Assembly (NCBI GenBank): GCA_030704615.1
Contig: CM060732.1
Location: 55,056,001-55,120,000, forward strand
Length of the DNA: 64,000 bases
Direction of reading: 5' to 3'
From: Takakia lepidozioides
Lineage: Eukaryota; Plantae; Bryophyta
Shown: piece after piece, positions 1 to 13,228 of the stretch
Position numbering within the stretch: the first letter of the stretch is position 1
Layout: each line of letters opens with the position of its first letter
The notes under the pieces: generated by a model
Seen by the model: only the letters and a program-made list of their open reading frames with translations
What the model was told of the DNA's origin: nothing
The model's database searches: none
Translations under genes and position numbers: made by a program

Positions 1-780
1 AGGATGGGAATGTAGACCGCCGTGAACGAGGCACTCTACCAGCCATCATCCACATCCAATAAACCTACAGTCTCCATGGTCTGGAAAATCATTGAACTTG
101 TAGAAGAAGATGACACGCTCCCACAGATGTCGCCACCAATGTTCGATTCTCTGCTATGTGAACACATATACAAGGTCATTTTCATAACATAAAAAATAAA
201 GGCATCTCCCCCAATTAACAGTTCAAGAAGCATATTTCAATACCTGGTTCTTAGTGGAGGATCGAGTCAAAAAAGGATTGTGAATATCTGTCCGCACAGA
301 TTCTTGGTACTCTTTCATGAGGTTGTGTTCTGAAGCAAATGTGAACGGATCCGCAATGGTGCCCATACTTGGTTACAACATCCATGTACCCAACAAAAAT
401 CGTCTCTGCCCTTTTGTTGTTGGCTACCTTTGCCCACAACAAAATTTGAGGCCCCATCTATCCCTGCATGGACTCGGATATTTCCAAACATTGTGAGCTT
501 GTCATAAGCTGCACAAACAGACAGAAAATAAATCAATCTCTGCATCAATTGGAGAGTCAATCCAACAATGCCTCAATAGAGATAACACGGAGCTCTAGTA
601 CTAGTGGGATACACAAAGAAGGGATTGCAGTGACTTACAGTCAATGTGCCATAGTGCCATTGGCTTGGTCACGTTGTATTGACCTCTGACAAGGCCGCAT
701 GCGCTACGCCTCCGCTCATAGTGGTACCTGGAGATGATCCTCAAAGCGCGTGCGATCTTGATGCGAGAGACTCGGAAGAT
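1..780 (-). pseudogene. Degenerate intron-containing integrase-core (IS3/IS481-like DDE) transposase, running off the window start
   Basis: Manual splicing (exons ~780-639, ~508-244, 150-1; GT..AG introns 638-509 and 243-151) gives RGQYNVTKPMALWHID/SYDKLTMFGNIRVHAGIDGASNF..VANNKRAETIF..KYG..PLRIRS..SSTKNQ/RIEHWWRHLW. This matches the LWHID.YDKL..HG.IDG.S / NN.A.T / YG.P.R.R.D / S..NQRIE pattern of eukaryotic rve-like transposases. Several frameshifts are present. Confidence 0.75.
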
Positions 781-1639
781 CTGTAATGGAGGAAGGGTGT
801 CAAGCATGTTCGAGAAGCGAGGATGTGTGGGTGGAAGCCTACAGGTTGAAAACAAACAAAACACCCATACGTTTAAATTACATCAATTATTGGATAAAAC
901 CAAGTTTCTGTCCTCTGGTTTGTTTTTTACTTAACGAAAGGGTATAACAAGGAATATCCTTGTGAGTTTTAGTACAGGGCCAAACAAACAGAAAAATAAA
1001 ATAAAATAAAAAGGATAATAGTATGAAGCACCAAAGCGACCGGGAATTATTATCCGTACATTCACCAAAAAAAATGACAACCAACAAAGTTCATTCAATT
1101 GGTTGCTTAGTTATAATAGGAAGCCTTTGTAAAAGAAACAATTGTTTGGCAAATTGTTCGGTATTCGTATGATTTTAGTTGGATCGAATTTTGTACAGAC
1201 GATTATCATACATGTATATATGTTCACAAAAAATGTTACAAGGAACGAAAATCATCCAGGCATGGAACGATCCGTTCAATACCTGTATGCAAAACTTTGC
1301 AAGGGCGAACAGTCTCTATATACGTATATTCACCAAAAGAAAATGACAACCAACAAAATTCATTCAAGTGTGGTTGCTTAGTATTGTTTGGCCTTTTGCC
1401 GTTATAGGATGCATACCCACCCTTTTATTTTTAGATGCAGTAGCCTTCAACACTATCATAAAATTACATGAACAATGGATTGATAATATAAGTCTTCTTG
1501 ATCAAGCCTTCCAATACAAAGTCGCAGGTGGAATAGATGATTGTCGCTGGATCTCTATCTTCTGAGGACCGTACATCGAAAACACATGTTGGTGCTCTTC
1601 CCCACCATCCTCCCTCAACAAGTGAGCTTTTGGGAATCT

Positions 1640-1880
1640 CGACTTTTGTGGTGCTTCCACTAATATGCGACTTAATTTGAATTTATCCATGAAATCGAAC
1701 AGTTGTTGTTTGGCTTTTGCATGGTTATTGTCTTCTAAAATGTCAACATTAAAATCGCCCAAAATGATAATTGGACAATGTTTGGGTGAATTTTTAATTA
1801 GAGCTTCAAGTTTGTTTAGGAACGTATAACTGTACATGAATGAGCTCTATAAACACATACAATATATAACACATATTGAA
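1640..1880 (-). mobile_element. EEP (AP-like) endonuclease fragment from a Helitron- or LINE-type element
   Basis: ORF 1502..1837 contains PIIILGDFNVDIL. An upstream frameshifted stretch reads IVCVYRAHS. Both are EEP-family motifs; the fragment is truncated. Confidence 0.65.
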
Positions 1881-4687
1881 CACATGTATGCAACATGGGA
1901 TACAATACATATATTGTATATTGTATGACACAACCACATTAGAAACCATGCTAGCTACTCGGATTGAGGGTGGTGGCCGGGGCTGAGGCGCGGTGTGGGG
2001 GGGACAGTGGCGTGGTGGCTGGGGCCGACATGTTATCTACTCTCCCAATATATGTTGTCATACTATATATGTGTTTTATTAGTTCCAGCACCCCTCATGA
2101 GAAACAAACAAATTGGTGAATCAGGATACAATTTTTTTCTCTGCATAATATCATCGAAGATTAGTATGTGTTCTTCATTTAATTGTCTAACTAAACTACG
2201 ATATTCAGATTCGTCCATCATCATGGAATAGTCGGATTTTCTGAAAATGTCTGCTGCTTGTAATGCCTACAACGGGGCCAGACTGACACAGTCTTCCTCG
2301 ACAGACCGGAAAGACTTCATTTTCAGTTTTTGCAGTTGGTAATGACAGAACTGAATCTATATATCAGGAGTGTAAGCCAGTTTTGGAATCTGGCCAACGG
2401 GCATGGGGTGAGTGGAAAGCATGGCCTCTTTTTGGTATTCCATACCCGCCAAGGCCGTCCCCGTCTCCAGCGATCGTGCACGCACGCATTCAATCCTCTG
2501 TCTAGTGGCCATCAGTGTTGTTTTTTGACAGGTAGCCATACATTTTTTGTGACAGGTTAATTTTTTTTTTGACTTTCACTGTGATAGACAACTTTCAAAA
2601 AATGCCTTTCACATGAAGGTTGACAAGATTTTGACCTTTCACACAACCATGTCATATGAAATTAAAAATAAAAAATGAAAAGAAGTGTGTAGTTTGAAGT
2701 GTGAAGTTCTTACACATCTTTGGGGGCTCAATCACTTAGACTATGTTGCTTGCAGGACCTTGGAAGACTCCCTGGATCATCCGCACCACCATACCTATGA
2801 AAGCGCAAATTGCTGGAGTCCTAATTATAAGTGCCCCTGACAATGTGTCCAATTGAGGGTGGAGGGGCTTGGACAACCAGTCTTTGCATGTAGGCTCGGC
2901 TCGGCTCTCAATAGCTGCATCCCCAAACTACTACGTAGATCGTTGTGAACTTAAGGCCCAAGTGCCTGTTTCTTGAAATAAATCTTGAGCGCTAGATGAC
3001 TAAAGTTGCCATTTCACAAGCCGGAGCAGTATATGAGAACCAGTGTTTTCTGCCTTGGCGAAACCTTAAAATTTTAAATGGCATATTCTGTCATAAATTC
3101 CCAATTTTCCATGGATGAATTCGCCAAACTTTACAAAGATAATATAACAAAGGATGATATAAATGGATGAAAGTACATAGGAGGATGATTCTATCCAAAT
3201 TTCAATGGATGAACAGAATATATAGCTATTTCTTGTAAAACTTAATAGCCACTCGTGCTATTTGTCAAATTTAAGAAAACAATCACCGATGAGAACGCTT
3301 TGAAGATCAAAATCATTGAAATTCAGCTAGCTAATCTTGGGATTGCATTCTTCCACTAAACAGAAATGACGTTCTCCAGCGTGTAACCAAAGCAGCTAGA
3401 GTCAAATACATATTGCAAAACTATGGTCAAGACTTCAGACCCAATCACCTGAAACTTAAGGTTTATGATAAAGATCTACATACCACACAGCTCTACTCAT
3501 GGCCCAATGTAGCTTTCATTGAAGGTAGAACCCAAGACCCTGAAGAGTAAGCCAACATACAGGCCTGCACGCAACACGCAACTGACAGCCCACAATTCAG
3601 GCCCTTGAGGAGGTGGAAAAATAACCCCCTTTCATTTATGGGCCATGGAGGCACAACGGACGATACGCCACAAACAATCCCCACAGGGAGCAGGGCAGCG
3701 GCTTTGAACCTTGAACCACCAAGGGGACGCATTGTGCACCTAACTTACCAGCAGATGTGCTTGTACATTTCCTTTGTAATTTTTACCTTTCTTTTGACAG
3801 GCCGTTTTTTTTTTGCCTTTCACTGTGACAGGCAATTTTTTGTTTTTGCCTTTCTTTTGACAGGCCGTTTTTTTTTTGGCCTTTTTTTGCCTGTCAAATG
3901 CCTTGTGACAGGTGCAAAAATCAGCCTTGGTGGCCATCATCCCTTTTGGACGGGCCTTTACTTCTACTGGAGTAATGCATTTATTAGTCAATTTTACAAC
4001 TTGGCTTTACACTTCAACTGTGCGGTGCTCTTTCCCCCAAAAAGGAGATCTCTCCCGAGTCCCCAATGCTCTTTGTCGCCAGAAAAAACATTTTGGTTTT
4101 GGTCCCTGTTGGCGTACATTTGGAGAAGTTGAGAGGCCAAGTGAGCGGCCGACACCCACCAATTTTGGCCCAATGAAAGGCTGCGCTTTCCTATTATAAC
4201 AATTACAGGAAGACTGCATACGAGGAATGTCAAGCAGACCCACTGTAAATTATAGACAAAGTTCCATTCTGGTAACTAGTGAGGAAGGAATATAAAGTGA
4301 TGTTCACACAACTGGGCAGCAAGCTGGTCGCACTTCATATCTGATGTCTGCAAGCAACACTCAAGGAAACCCAATTACATTTTGTACAGCGTTGCAGAAG
4401 TTCACAAAATGCGTATAGGTCACTAGCGATGGATCGAACTGACTGATCGCAAATTCCTGAACTGAATGATGGTGGTTGTATGCGCTCAGTCAATGGGTTA
4501 CAGACTAAGTAACTGGAAGCTCAGCTACACACCCGATAAGTTCCCTACATCATGTGAAGAACTCTGAGGAATCGGATCAGTCTTTGAACTTAGAAAGATC
4601 CCAATATGTATGGTCACTGTACACATATTATAAGCAAAGCTGGTTACACCGTAAAGAGCTTCCTCACATTGCTCACCGTTTCTGGAT

Positions 4688-6163
4688 TTAAGAGCTCTTT
4701 TCAGAATTCAATTGGAGGCTGGTGATCAAATTTGTGTAGGGCAGCCGGGTTGCACAGCTCGTTGCCGGGATCGAAACTTCATATATAATGCAAGTTACAT
4801 TGAACGCACTGTACTGCGTACAGTAAGTCTTAGCACTGGATCTCATGTCAAGCATGCATCGATCAACAATTCCAACGAGGTTCCACAGGACTTGAAGAGA
4901 GCACATGAAAATCCTCTGTACTGTAGCTTTCCCATTGGAAATTACTACATGAGGGTGCTCAAGCCTGATCAAACTTCTACACCTTCGAACTAGAAGAAAT
5001 TCGCAATGGATGTGCGTACTGTCATTGAAGGGCATGGACGTTCAACCCTAGGAAGTTCTGCAATAATTTTAAATCTCTTTTAAATCCAAGAAACTATTGA
5101 GCTCTAATGAATAGTGCATGGAGGTAGAGGATCCTGCATGCCAACTATGAAAGGAGGACTCGTCTTTAGGTCTGTCTCATATCCTGTGTGATAACGGCTG
5201 GCCAATCTGATATTCGTGAAGCAGGTCTTTTCGAAACCCTCATTCATCGCACGCTTTCTTTTGACATCCGTATGCTGATTACTCCAGTGCTCGAACAACA
5301 AAGTGGAGAACTGGGATGTATGGAGGTATGGGATTTCATGCTGTATACATGCGATGGAATACTGCGTGTATACATCATCGAAAAATTCGTGGCAGTCTGG
5401 CGAGTATCGAATGTTGCTTTCTATCCATTGCTGAGTCAAGGAGATCCGATGTATCCAGAGCGTTCGTGGTATCCCGTCCTGCAGCCACACCAGGACAGTC
5501 AAAATGAATAGATCCGTGATGTTTCAACACCAAACGTTTCAAATGTTTACGTGGAGTCAGGTCATATGACAATGAGCCTACATGGGGCGCAAGCAGTTGA
5601 TGCAGATAAGATGATTATCGACTATCACGTAAGCTTGCAGCGATCACCATATATTTAAGCTCAACAAGAAGCGACAATCTTAAACGTAAGCTAGCACAGG
5701 AACTGAAAGCAGTGCTCACGCTTACAGAACGCGGACGATCGATGTAACCAACTCCACGCACAGTTCCAAGCGCGTTTTCCACATTAATATTCATCTGAAA
5801 CAAACTCGTACAGCCCATGGTATTAGATGCCTCAGAACACAATCCAGGCTGTGTTAGATCAGCCCCAAGAGGCGACTTCTGTGCTGATCCTTCAGCAGTC
5901 ACCTGCAGGTTCAGATTGAGAGCTTCTGAGTTCTTTTCCGCCTTATCAGCAGCCTCCCAGCTCGCGCCGCCTTCAGAAGGTCCCTGCCCTTTTGGGCTGC
6001 ATCGACACAAGGTTACTCTCCCTGCCAAGATTATCTTCAAACGAGGAGCGCTAGCTACAGCATAAGAAGCTGAGGCGCTACAGTCGAGCTTGGTTGCCTT
6101 CAGCTGGCACGATGGCGCTACGGCCTGAAGGCCTGCAGCTTTAATCATGCACAAAGTGGCCAT
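4688..6163 (-). CDS. Putative 3-exon gene (~250 aa): organellar transit-peptide-like N-terminus plus RFX/D5-type winged-helix-like segment
   Basis: Exons 6163-5903, 5478-5283 and 4989-4688 join in frame through GT..AG sites (phases 0 and 1). The N-terminus is Ala/Ser/Lys/Arg-rich and ends in ..CRCS. Exon 2 reads WIESNIRYSPDCHEFFDDVYTQYSIACIQHEIPYLHTSQFSTLL. The 3' end is uncertain. Confidence 0.55.
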
Positions 6164-7185
6164 GGCCGCTGTAGCTGCTATCTCTCTACGATGTACGTAG
6201 TACTCTGAGAAAGCAGATCGATTCTTGCTCGCCTCTTGCAGCTCGTGACCTCTGAGCCGGAGGTGCTGCAGCGCCAACAGAAGAACCCGCTAAGGGGCCC
6301 ACTATCACTCACCAGTGATCTCTCCCGAATGCGAAGAGAGTCTAGATCAAGATGGATATATGTACCAACGCAGGATCAAGAAACCAAGATCGAGCTGCTC
6401 TACGTCATGTGCTAAAGATTTACAAATTAACTAACTATTCACGACGGCGATGAGAGTCCTTTGGAGCCCTTGATGCAGTCACAAGGGATCGATGCGGTGG
6501 AAGAGGATTCAGATTCTACAAACCGTCATCCGTACACAGGTGGCACTGTTTCGTCACGTGTGACCCCACGTTTTCCTCACCGTGCACTGTGCTCGAATGC
6601 GACATCACTGGCTTTCCCACTTGTCCAAACAAAACTCCTGCTCATCTGAATTGTCGGGCGATCGAAGCTATGGCGGAAGCAAGCACCCAAAAGTGTGATA
6701 ACTCTTCGTCTCTCTCGTTCTCGTTGGTGTGAAGAGGGTCCTCAACGCACTTTGACACGCAACCATTCCGTCAGGCTTGTGGCATGCCACGACATCTGTC
6801 ATCTCGTATCTACGCCGTCTGGCGTCTTGCATAACCACTCACCTTCCTCCTCGGATGTTGTGGAACTCGTGGGTTCGGAAATCTGAGCCCTGCTCATTCC
6901 TCTTCCCCAGTGTTTGTGAAGGTCTCGTTCAAGTGCTACATCATCGGGCAGACCTCCAATTTGACGTTGGGGGTCGTGCCTCCCAACTTGTCCGGGTTGG
7001 GGGGGGCGCTGGTGCAACCTCCGGGATACGTCCTTTGTTAGAACGATTTTGTTTACCTCTTGGGGATTGGAGTTTCTTTGGCTTCATCAGGTCGAGGGCA
7101 GGGAGTGGCTGCGTCCCGAACAGCCCCTCCCGCTGAACTCTTTTCTTCGGTGATTACACAAACGGCCGTGTCTGCTTCAGAAAGT

Positions 7186-10100
7186 ATGGGCTTCATAGAT
7201 ATTCTCAAGAAAATCGAGGAAGCACTGTCATGGCACTGGGGCGGCAAAGATAAAGTGGACCCGAACCTGAATCCATGCCTACTTGTTCCAGGCATTGGGG
7301 GCTCCATCTTGCATGCTGTCTCTGAAACCGGGCATAAGGAGCGGATCTGGGTCCGATTGTTTGCGGCAGACCACGAATTTCGGTCCAAGCTTTATTCTCT
7401 CTACAACCCTAAGACAGGTGCAATCCTGTTTGGTCTCATAGAGAATCTGCCCGAGTTTCATATTCCGTGTGTATGTGTAGAGAGAGAGAGAGAGAGAGAA
7501 AGTACTCATAGGACGTTGGTTGCCGTAGCCACTTTCCTCAGGAAAGTCCTCCAGCAGAGCACATAATTGCTGTCAAATGCACCTAACGAATGCAGACCCG
7601 AGCACCGAAGAAGAAAATAGGTGTTAACAGCCTTTCCATATGCACAGAAGATTCCTCGCTTAAAAGAATCTCCGCCATTCGACACCTGGGTTCCTACGAG
7701 AAAAAGATCGCTTGCTAAAATTGCTGGCCTAGGCCCAGACGAGAGAAAAGCGGAAAAGACAGATGGGGGCCAACAAGAGGAAAAATGCTCCTGTAACGAG
7801 GTTTGCCTTGATGTTTGAAACAGGCTTGTAAAATGATTGTGGAACCTCTTAATGGGAACATTCCTTAGAGAAAGAGAGAGCAATGGATGAGCTAAGACCT
7901 AGCATAAGGTTCTTGCTTTGGCTTCCTGACTGATAGTTGGATTGAGACTTGGTAGCACAGGAATGAAATTGACATGGAAAGATACTGATTTTGACAGGAA
8001 GAACAGAGTCTTTGGATGCAAAGACTAGAATTCAGATCCCTGACGATCGACATGGCCTTTACTGCTGCGACATTCTTGATCCTGCCGTGGTACCATGCTG
8101 CTACCTTTGTTTTTGACAAGTTTGTGTTATTTGGATGATCTTTAGTCCTGTCTCTCTTCTCTCCTTATCATGTGGCAAATTAGTGTATTTCCCTCTCTTA
8201 CTCGAGGGCTAAAAACTGGGTTAAGGCTCTGACAAAATTGGTGTGGGTGGCAGTTATTGCGCTTGGACACAGTGTACTATTTCCATGATATGATCAAGAA
8301 AATGGTGGAATGGGGGTATCTGGAGGGAACAACTTTGTTTGGCTTTGGCTATGATTTCCGCCAAAGCAACAGGTGCATGTTTTCGAGGCAGAGCTGCTAC
8401 TGGTCCTAAGTCTTTGTTGAAACAGTACAATATTCTGAAGGTTTGCGGTGGTATTGAAGATGATTAGGGTCTAAAGGTAAGAGGGCACAGGCCTGTTGAA
8501 GTTGCAGACCACCACCAACACACTGCAGTACATTCCTCACATTTCATTTGCCTTGATACTTCAGGCTTTCAGACCACCACCAACACACTGCAGTACATTC
8601 CTCACATTTCATTTGCCTTGATACTTCAGGCTTTCAGACCACATGGAGGGCCTAAAAGCAAAATTGGAGACCATACATGAAGCATCTGGTGGCAAGAAAG
8701 TGGACATTGTTACACATTCCATGGGTGGTCTACTAGTCAAGTCTTTTCTGGCACTCCACCAGGACGTAAGTAAATCTACAGCTCATTTTCCACGGAGTCC
8801 AGAATCATGAAAGATGTTTGACCACCATGTGGTTGTGTAGATCTGGTTTCCACTTTATTTCTACCCTTTATTTTTCTGGTTTCAGATATCTTAGTGGAAG
8901 ATTGAATGCAAATTGAATGCAAGTCTCTGGCCCGACACCGTCCATCAAATACTGGAACCCCAGCTCCAAGGGGGGTCACCAATTGTGGCTGGTTACCGAT
9001 CAGTCGGGTAATTGTAAGAGACAGGAAGACTGTCCTCAAATCTGAATCAGACTGTAGGAATCAGGGCTTCTCTACTAAAACCTCAAAACACATAAAAACA
9101 CATTTGAGTGCCTCCGGAGTTCTGAACGTGTCCCATTCCCAATTGTGTAGTGCTATTAGAGGTGAACGCTAGCAGGTATGTAATCAATTACCCTGTCCTT
9201 GTCCTGACCCAATTCTGTATCATGTACGTCTATATGCCTTTTTGCGCTTTGAGATTAATGAAGGAAGGGACCATGCTTAGATATCTCTCCAGCGAGGTCG
9301 AAAGTGATATGGCTTCCCTTGTCCCACTTCAGATAATGATGCAGTTGGTTGCTTTGTGGTAGGCAGGTCTTCGAAAAATATGTTAACTCCTGGATTGCTA
9401 TTGCTGCACCATTTCAAGGTGAAGATACATATGCCAAAAATCTTGTTTGCAATAGTCTATTTTCCCAATGGATACAGCCACCATATAGGATTATAACGAC
9501 TTTGTTTCTGGGAAAATATCGGTTCCTTTATAGACCAGTGGCACCTCAGTTGCTGAGATATGAATATTTCTAGCAGGTGCTCCTGGATTCATTATGGATT
9601 GCCTGCTCACTGGTATCGAGTTTGTCAAAGGGTGGCAGCGAGAGCTTTTCGTTGCCAAGTGGAGTATGCATCAGCTCGTAGGCATCTTTACCCCCTCCCC
9701 CTCGTGCCCTTGTCTTTCCCTGCAGAAAGACTCACACACCATAGAAGTTGTTGTACTTTGGTGACTTAAGTGTGGATTCAATTTTTCTCCATATCTGATT
9801 GCTTCAGCAGAGAAATAGCTGAGCGAATGTCCGTATGGAATATCTTACCAAGGGAGGGAAGAGAATGAGAGAACACAAGTAGGTGGACCTTGCTTGTGAG
9901 TGCAGTTGACTTCCTTTTCCTTAGCTATAGTGCCAATTTCATGAATATGAGAGGGAGGGAATGTACTGGTTTGCTGTGCCGTAGACCCCATGCCAGATTG
10001 GGCGGAACAAATGGGAGCAGACTACATCTGCATGAGAATGTCCTTGTAAGACGTTGTTTGCCGTAGCCTTGTGGCCAAGCAAACCCTGCACAAAGCCTCC

Positions 10101-12048
10101 AGGATGGCTTGTATCTTGCGCACTCATCACCCCAAAAGGAAGTTCAGGGGTCCCTTGCAGGATCCATTTTGGGGTGCCACTGCTATCATGAGTCGCCTGG
10201 CTACCTTGTGCTCATGTGTGATTGAGGATCCTCCATCCTTTGGTCTGTTCAGTGAGCCAGGATTATTTGGCTTATCACAGAGATCACTTCATGTTGTCCA
10301 GGCGTGTTTGGACTTGCTTTTTGTTTTATGTAGAATCTGTGTCTTTTTGCTGTGGGCCTCTAGTTTTGGCTGTTTGGTTTCTTGCCCTTGTTGCTTTTCT
10401 TGTCTGTCACATGTTCAGATTTTCTGGTGGAGTCTGATCTGGGGACTTGCCCCTTTCATATTTGAAGAGAAACAATGTATTCATAAGATGTTGTTTGCCA
10501 TAACCTACTTGAAGTAAAAAAGAGAGGTGAATTTTTTTCATGAGACCTGCTTTCATGTGACTGGCAGTTGATAGAGTGCCCATCGGTGTACGAGATGTTG
10601 GCCTCCCCAGACTTCGATTGGAATGACCCCCCTGAGCTCCGGATTTGGTTCAAACGATCAGGTTCCGATGGGGAAGAAATAGTGGAGATGGAGACTTTTG
10701 GGCCTAAGGAATACACGGGAGTGATGAGCGCTGCTCTCCAAGAGAACACGGTGTGATCACTCTCCAATGTTGTTGTCTTATGATGTATCATACAGCCAAC
10801 TCTCCATGAAGGATGAAAGGGAAGCAAGTGTGCCTTTGGTCCTTCTGAAAGAAATCAAACTTGTCTTTTGCACCAATCTGAATGATTTCTGATGTCATGT
10901 CAGTCTTTGGAACTGGTTTCCTCTCCCAGATACTTGACCTGCTACATTTGATCTAGACAAACTAGTTGTTGATCACTGCGATGATGCACAGTTTTACTCC
11001 CGTCACCCTTCTGTCTTTGTAGAGAATTAAGGAGAGTGCTTATCGACAATACCACACGATATGAATGCAGCCCAAAATTTTGATGGCATTTGACCTATAC
11101 AAACATGGCAGTACAGGCCTGATTTTGTTTTCAGTATTTGCATTACTATAAAGAAGAGAGCTGATTCCGGCTCTATTGAACACAGGTTTGCTGCATGTGT
11201 ACCGCATTGTCTCTCATCCTTTAGGAAGAGGGGAAGAAGTAGTCAGTTTACTGAAAGGATAACTATGCAATGGTGCCTGTGTTTGTACTGTATTTATTGC
11301 AGCTGGATTACAATGGATCAACCATACCAGTGCCATTCAACAAGGCTATCTTGGAGTGGGCAATGGAAACGAATAAAATCCTTAAAAGTGCAAAACTTCC
11401 TAAGGGCATCAAGTTCTTTAATATCTTTGGCACGTCATGCGAGACACCTCATCATGCCTGGTTTGTGCTTTTCCTTCTCCTTTGTCTTATTGCAAAAATG
11501 TGGGAGATCATAGATCTAACCTGATTGGAAGATCCTTCATGAAACAGCAAACCCGAGGATGTCATGAAGGCAAGAACTACAAAGGCAACGAGAAAGAGGC
11601 CAAAGTGCAAAACAAAGGCAGAAGCTCCCGGACAAGAAGCCAATATCTTAACATAGGGATGTTAAATCTTGTGGGTGCAGTTATGGGAGTCAGGAATCTC
11701 CACTCGAGGATCTGAGTGAAATTCTCAACACAGAGGTACTGTAAATGCTGCAGGCCCATGTATGGCACTAAACATCTCAGTATTGATAGAAATACCTTCT
11801 GGTAGATTCATTGCCTTTGGCTTGACCTGTAGCCAAATGTGCTCATGGTTTGTGTTATATGTTTCTTCTTTTGATGTGATGTCTAGTCCAGAGGACGTAC
11901 GCTTTATATCCTTGCTCTCTTTCTCTCTCCGTCTCAGTCAATCCTTCATGCAGATTATATTGTATGGCAACTCCACAGTGAGTTTCGTGTCTTTTGAAGG
12001 GTTACTTTACCTTCAAGGTTCATAACCAATGACCAGGTACTGTTGAGG

Positions 12049-12088
<40 letters not shown>

Positions 12089-13228
12089 CTATGGTAGCAA
12101 TGTCTTATGAGTACAGTGTCTCTGTGTGAACCAACTAGAGTTTTTGGTGATACAGGCTGAGTTTTGCTATGTGGATGGCGATGGAACTGTTCCATGTGAG
12201 TCAGCTAGTGTGAGTGATTCTCCATACCTTTGTTCTTCTTTACCTATTGCATAATGCAGTTCTCAAAACTAGTATAATTCACCATTGGTTGTACCAATAA
12301 CTTAGATTTGAGCTACTGTAATCCAAGTAAAGTCTCTTCACAGACGGTTTTCACTCAGCTTAACATATTAACAATTCCAAATCCAGTAAATTCAACTAGT
12401 GGAAACATGTTTTGTATGGATCTTGCCTGTACAAAATTGAGAGTTATTTCTTTGGTGCTGGGTAGGGTGATTTTCTGGATGCAGAGGCGAGGGTTGGAAT
12501 ACCGGGTGACCACCGTGGCATCCTCAATGATGATCGCCTTTTCCGAATTCTCCAGCACTTGTTGAATGCTGGCGAGCCTGACCCCTTCTACAATCCATTT
12601 ACAGACTATGTTGTCATACCAAAGAAAGACTTTGAGTTTGAAAGCCACAAGGAAGAGCGTGTTGTTGTGGCTGGTTCAACAAGCGTTCCTCCTGGCTGTG
12701 AACGTGAGGTGGTTGGTTGTGGGGGTAGTGAGGACTACACCTTTATTCCTGATGGAGTAGAGTTTGTTGCCACAGTTGCAACAGGTACTGCTGCTTGCCA
12801 TTATTTGTCTTCTGGTCTTCTTTGTTGTTCTGTTGTTGCAAAATCTTAAGGCTGTTCCATCGCTGTGAGATTATGCACTCTTTACATTGCAAGGTTGAGC
12901 AGAAATACGAGATGTTGATCCATATGGCATAAACTTGCATTCCTGCCTTGCAAAGTGCTCAGTATCCGACATCTATTTGGCAGGGTTGGGGTCATCTTCG
13001 GATACCCGGGCTGAAGCACATTCGCATGTCATCATGCATGGGAAGCACGGACTTGATGAACAAGAGTTGGAAGTTGCAACCACTGGTGTGGCTGAAGGAC
13101 TGGACAAAGGGGAGGCTTTGGCGGCACTAGACCATGCTATGGTTGTGGCATCAGAAGGGGCTAAAGCTGCAAATATGAGTGGGAAAAGGGTTCTGTCGCA
13201 CAAGGAAGTGAGGGAGGATATTGGATGA
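7186..13228 (+). CDS. LCAT4: Lecithin:cholesterol acyltransferase-like 4 / phospholipase A (LCAT3/4 family), 12 exons
   Basis: Exons 7186-7417, 7998-8089, 8254-8372, 8630-8765, 9367-9418, 9577-9677, 10568-10750, 11303-11460, 11681-11735, 12156-12209, 12466-12784, 12984-13228, all GT..AG. Motifs: LLVPGIGGSIL, FGFGYDFRQSNR, THSMGG (Ser), DGDGTV (Asp), DHRGIL (His). The C-terminal DPFYNP..DYVVIP and AEAH extension is LCAT4-like. Confidence 0.93.
8505..8642 (+). repeat. Perfect 65-bp tandem duplication spanning the LCAT exon-4 splice acceptor
   Basis: CAGACCAC recurs at 8505, 8570 and 8635, and the two intervening 65-bp units are identical. Confidence 0.95.

Noticed and set aside
2240-4200. Possible TIR element with TTTTGACAGG motifs
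   Set aside because: The motifs at ~2520-2640 and ~3790-3910 are in direct orientation, and no TIR or TSD was found.
7518-7531. RFX X-box-like GTTGCCGTAGCCAC near the winged-helix gene
   Set aside because: A short degenerate match. The candidate protein lacks the RFX recognition wing and appears organelle-targeted.
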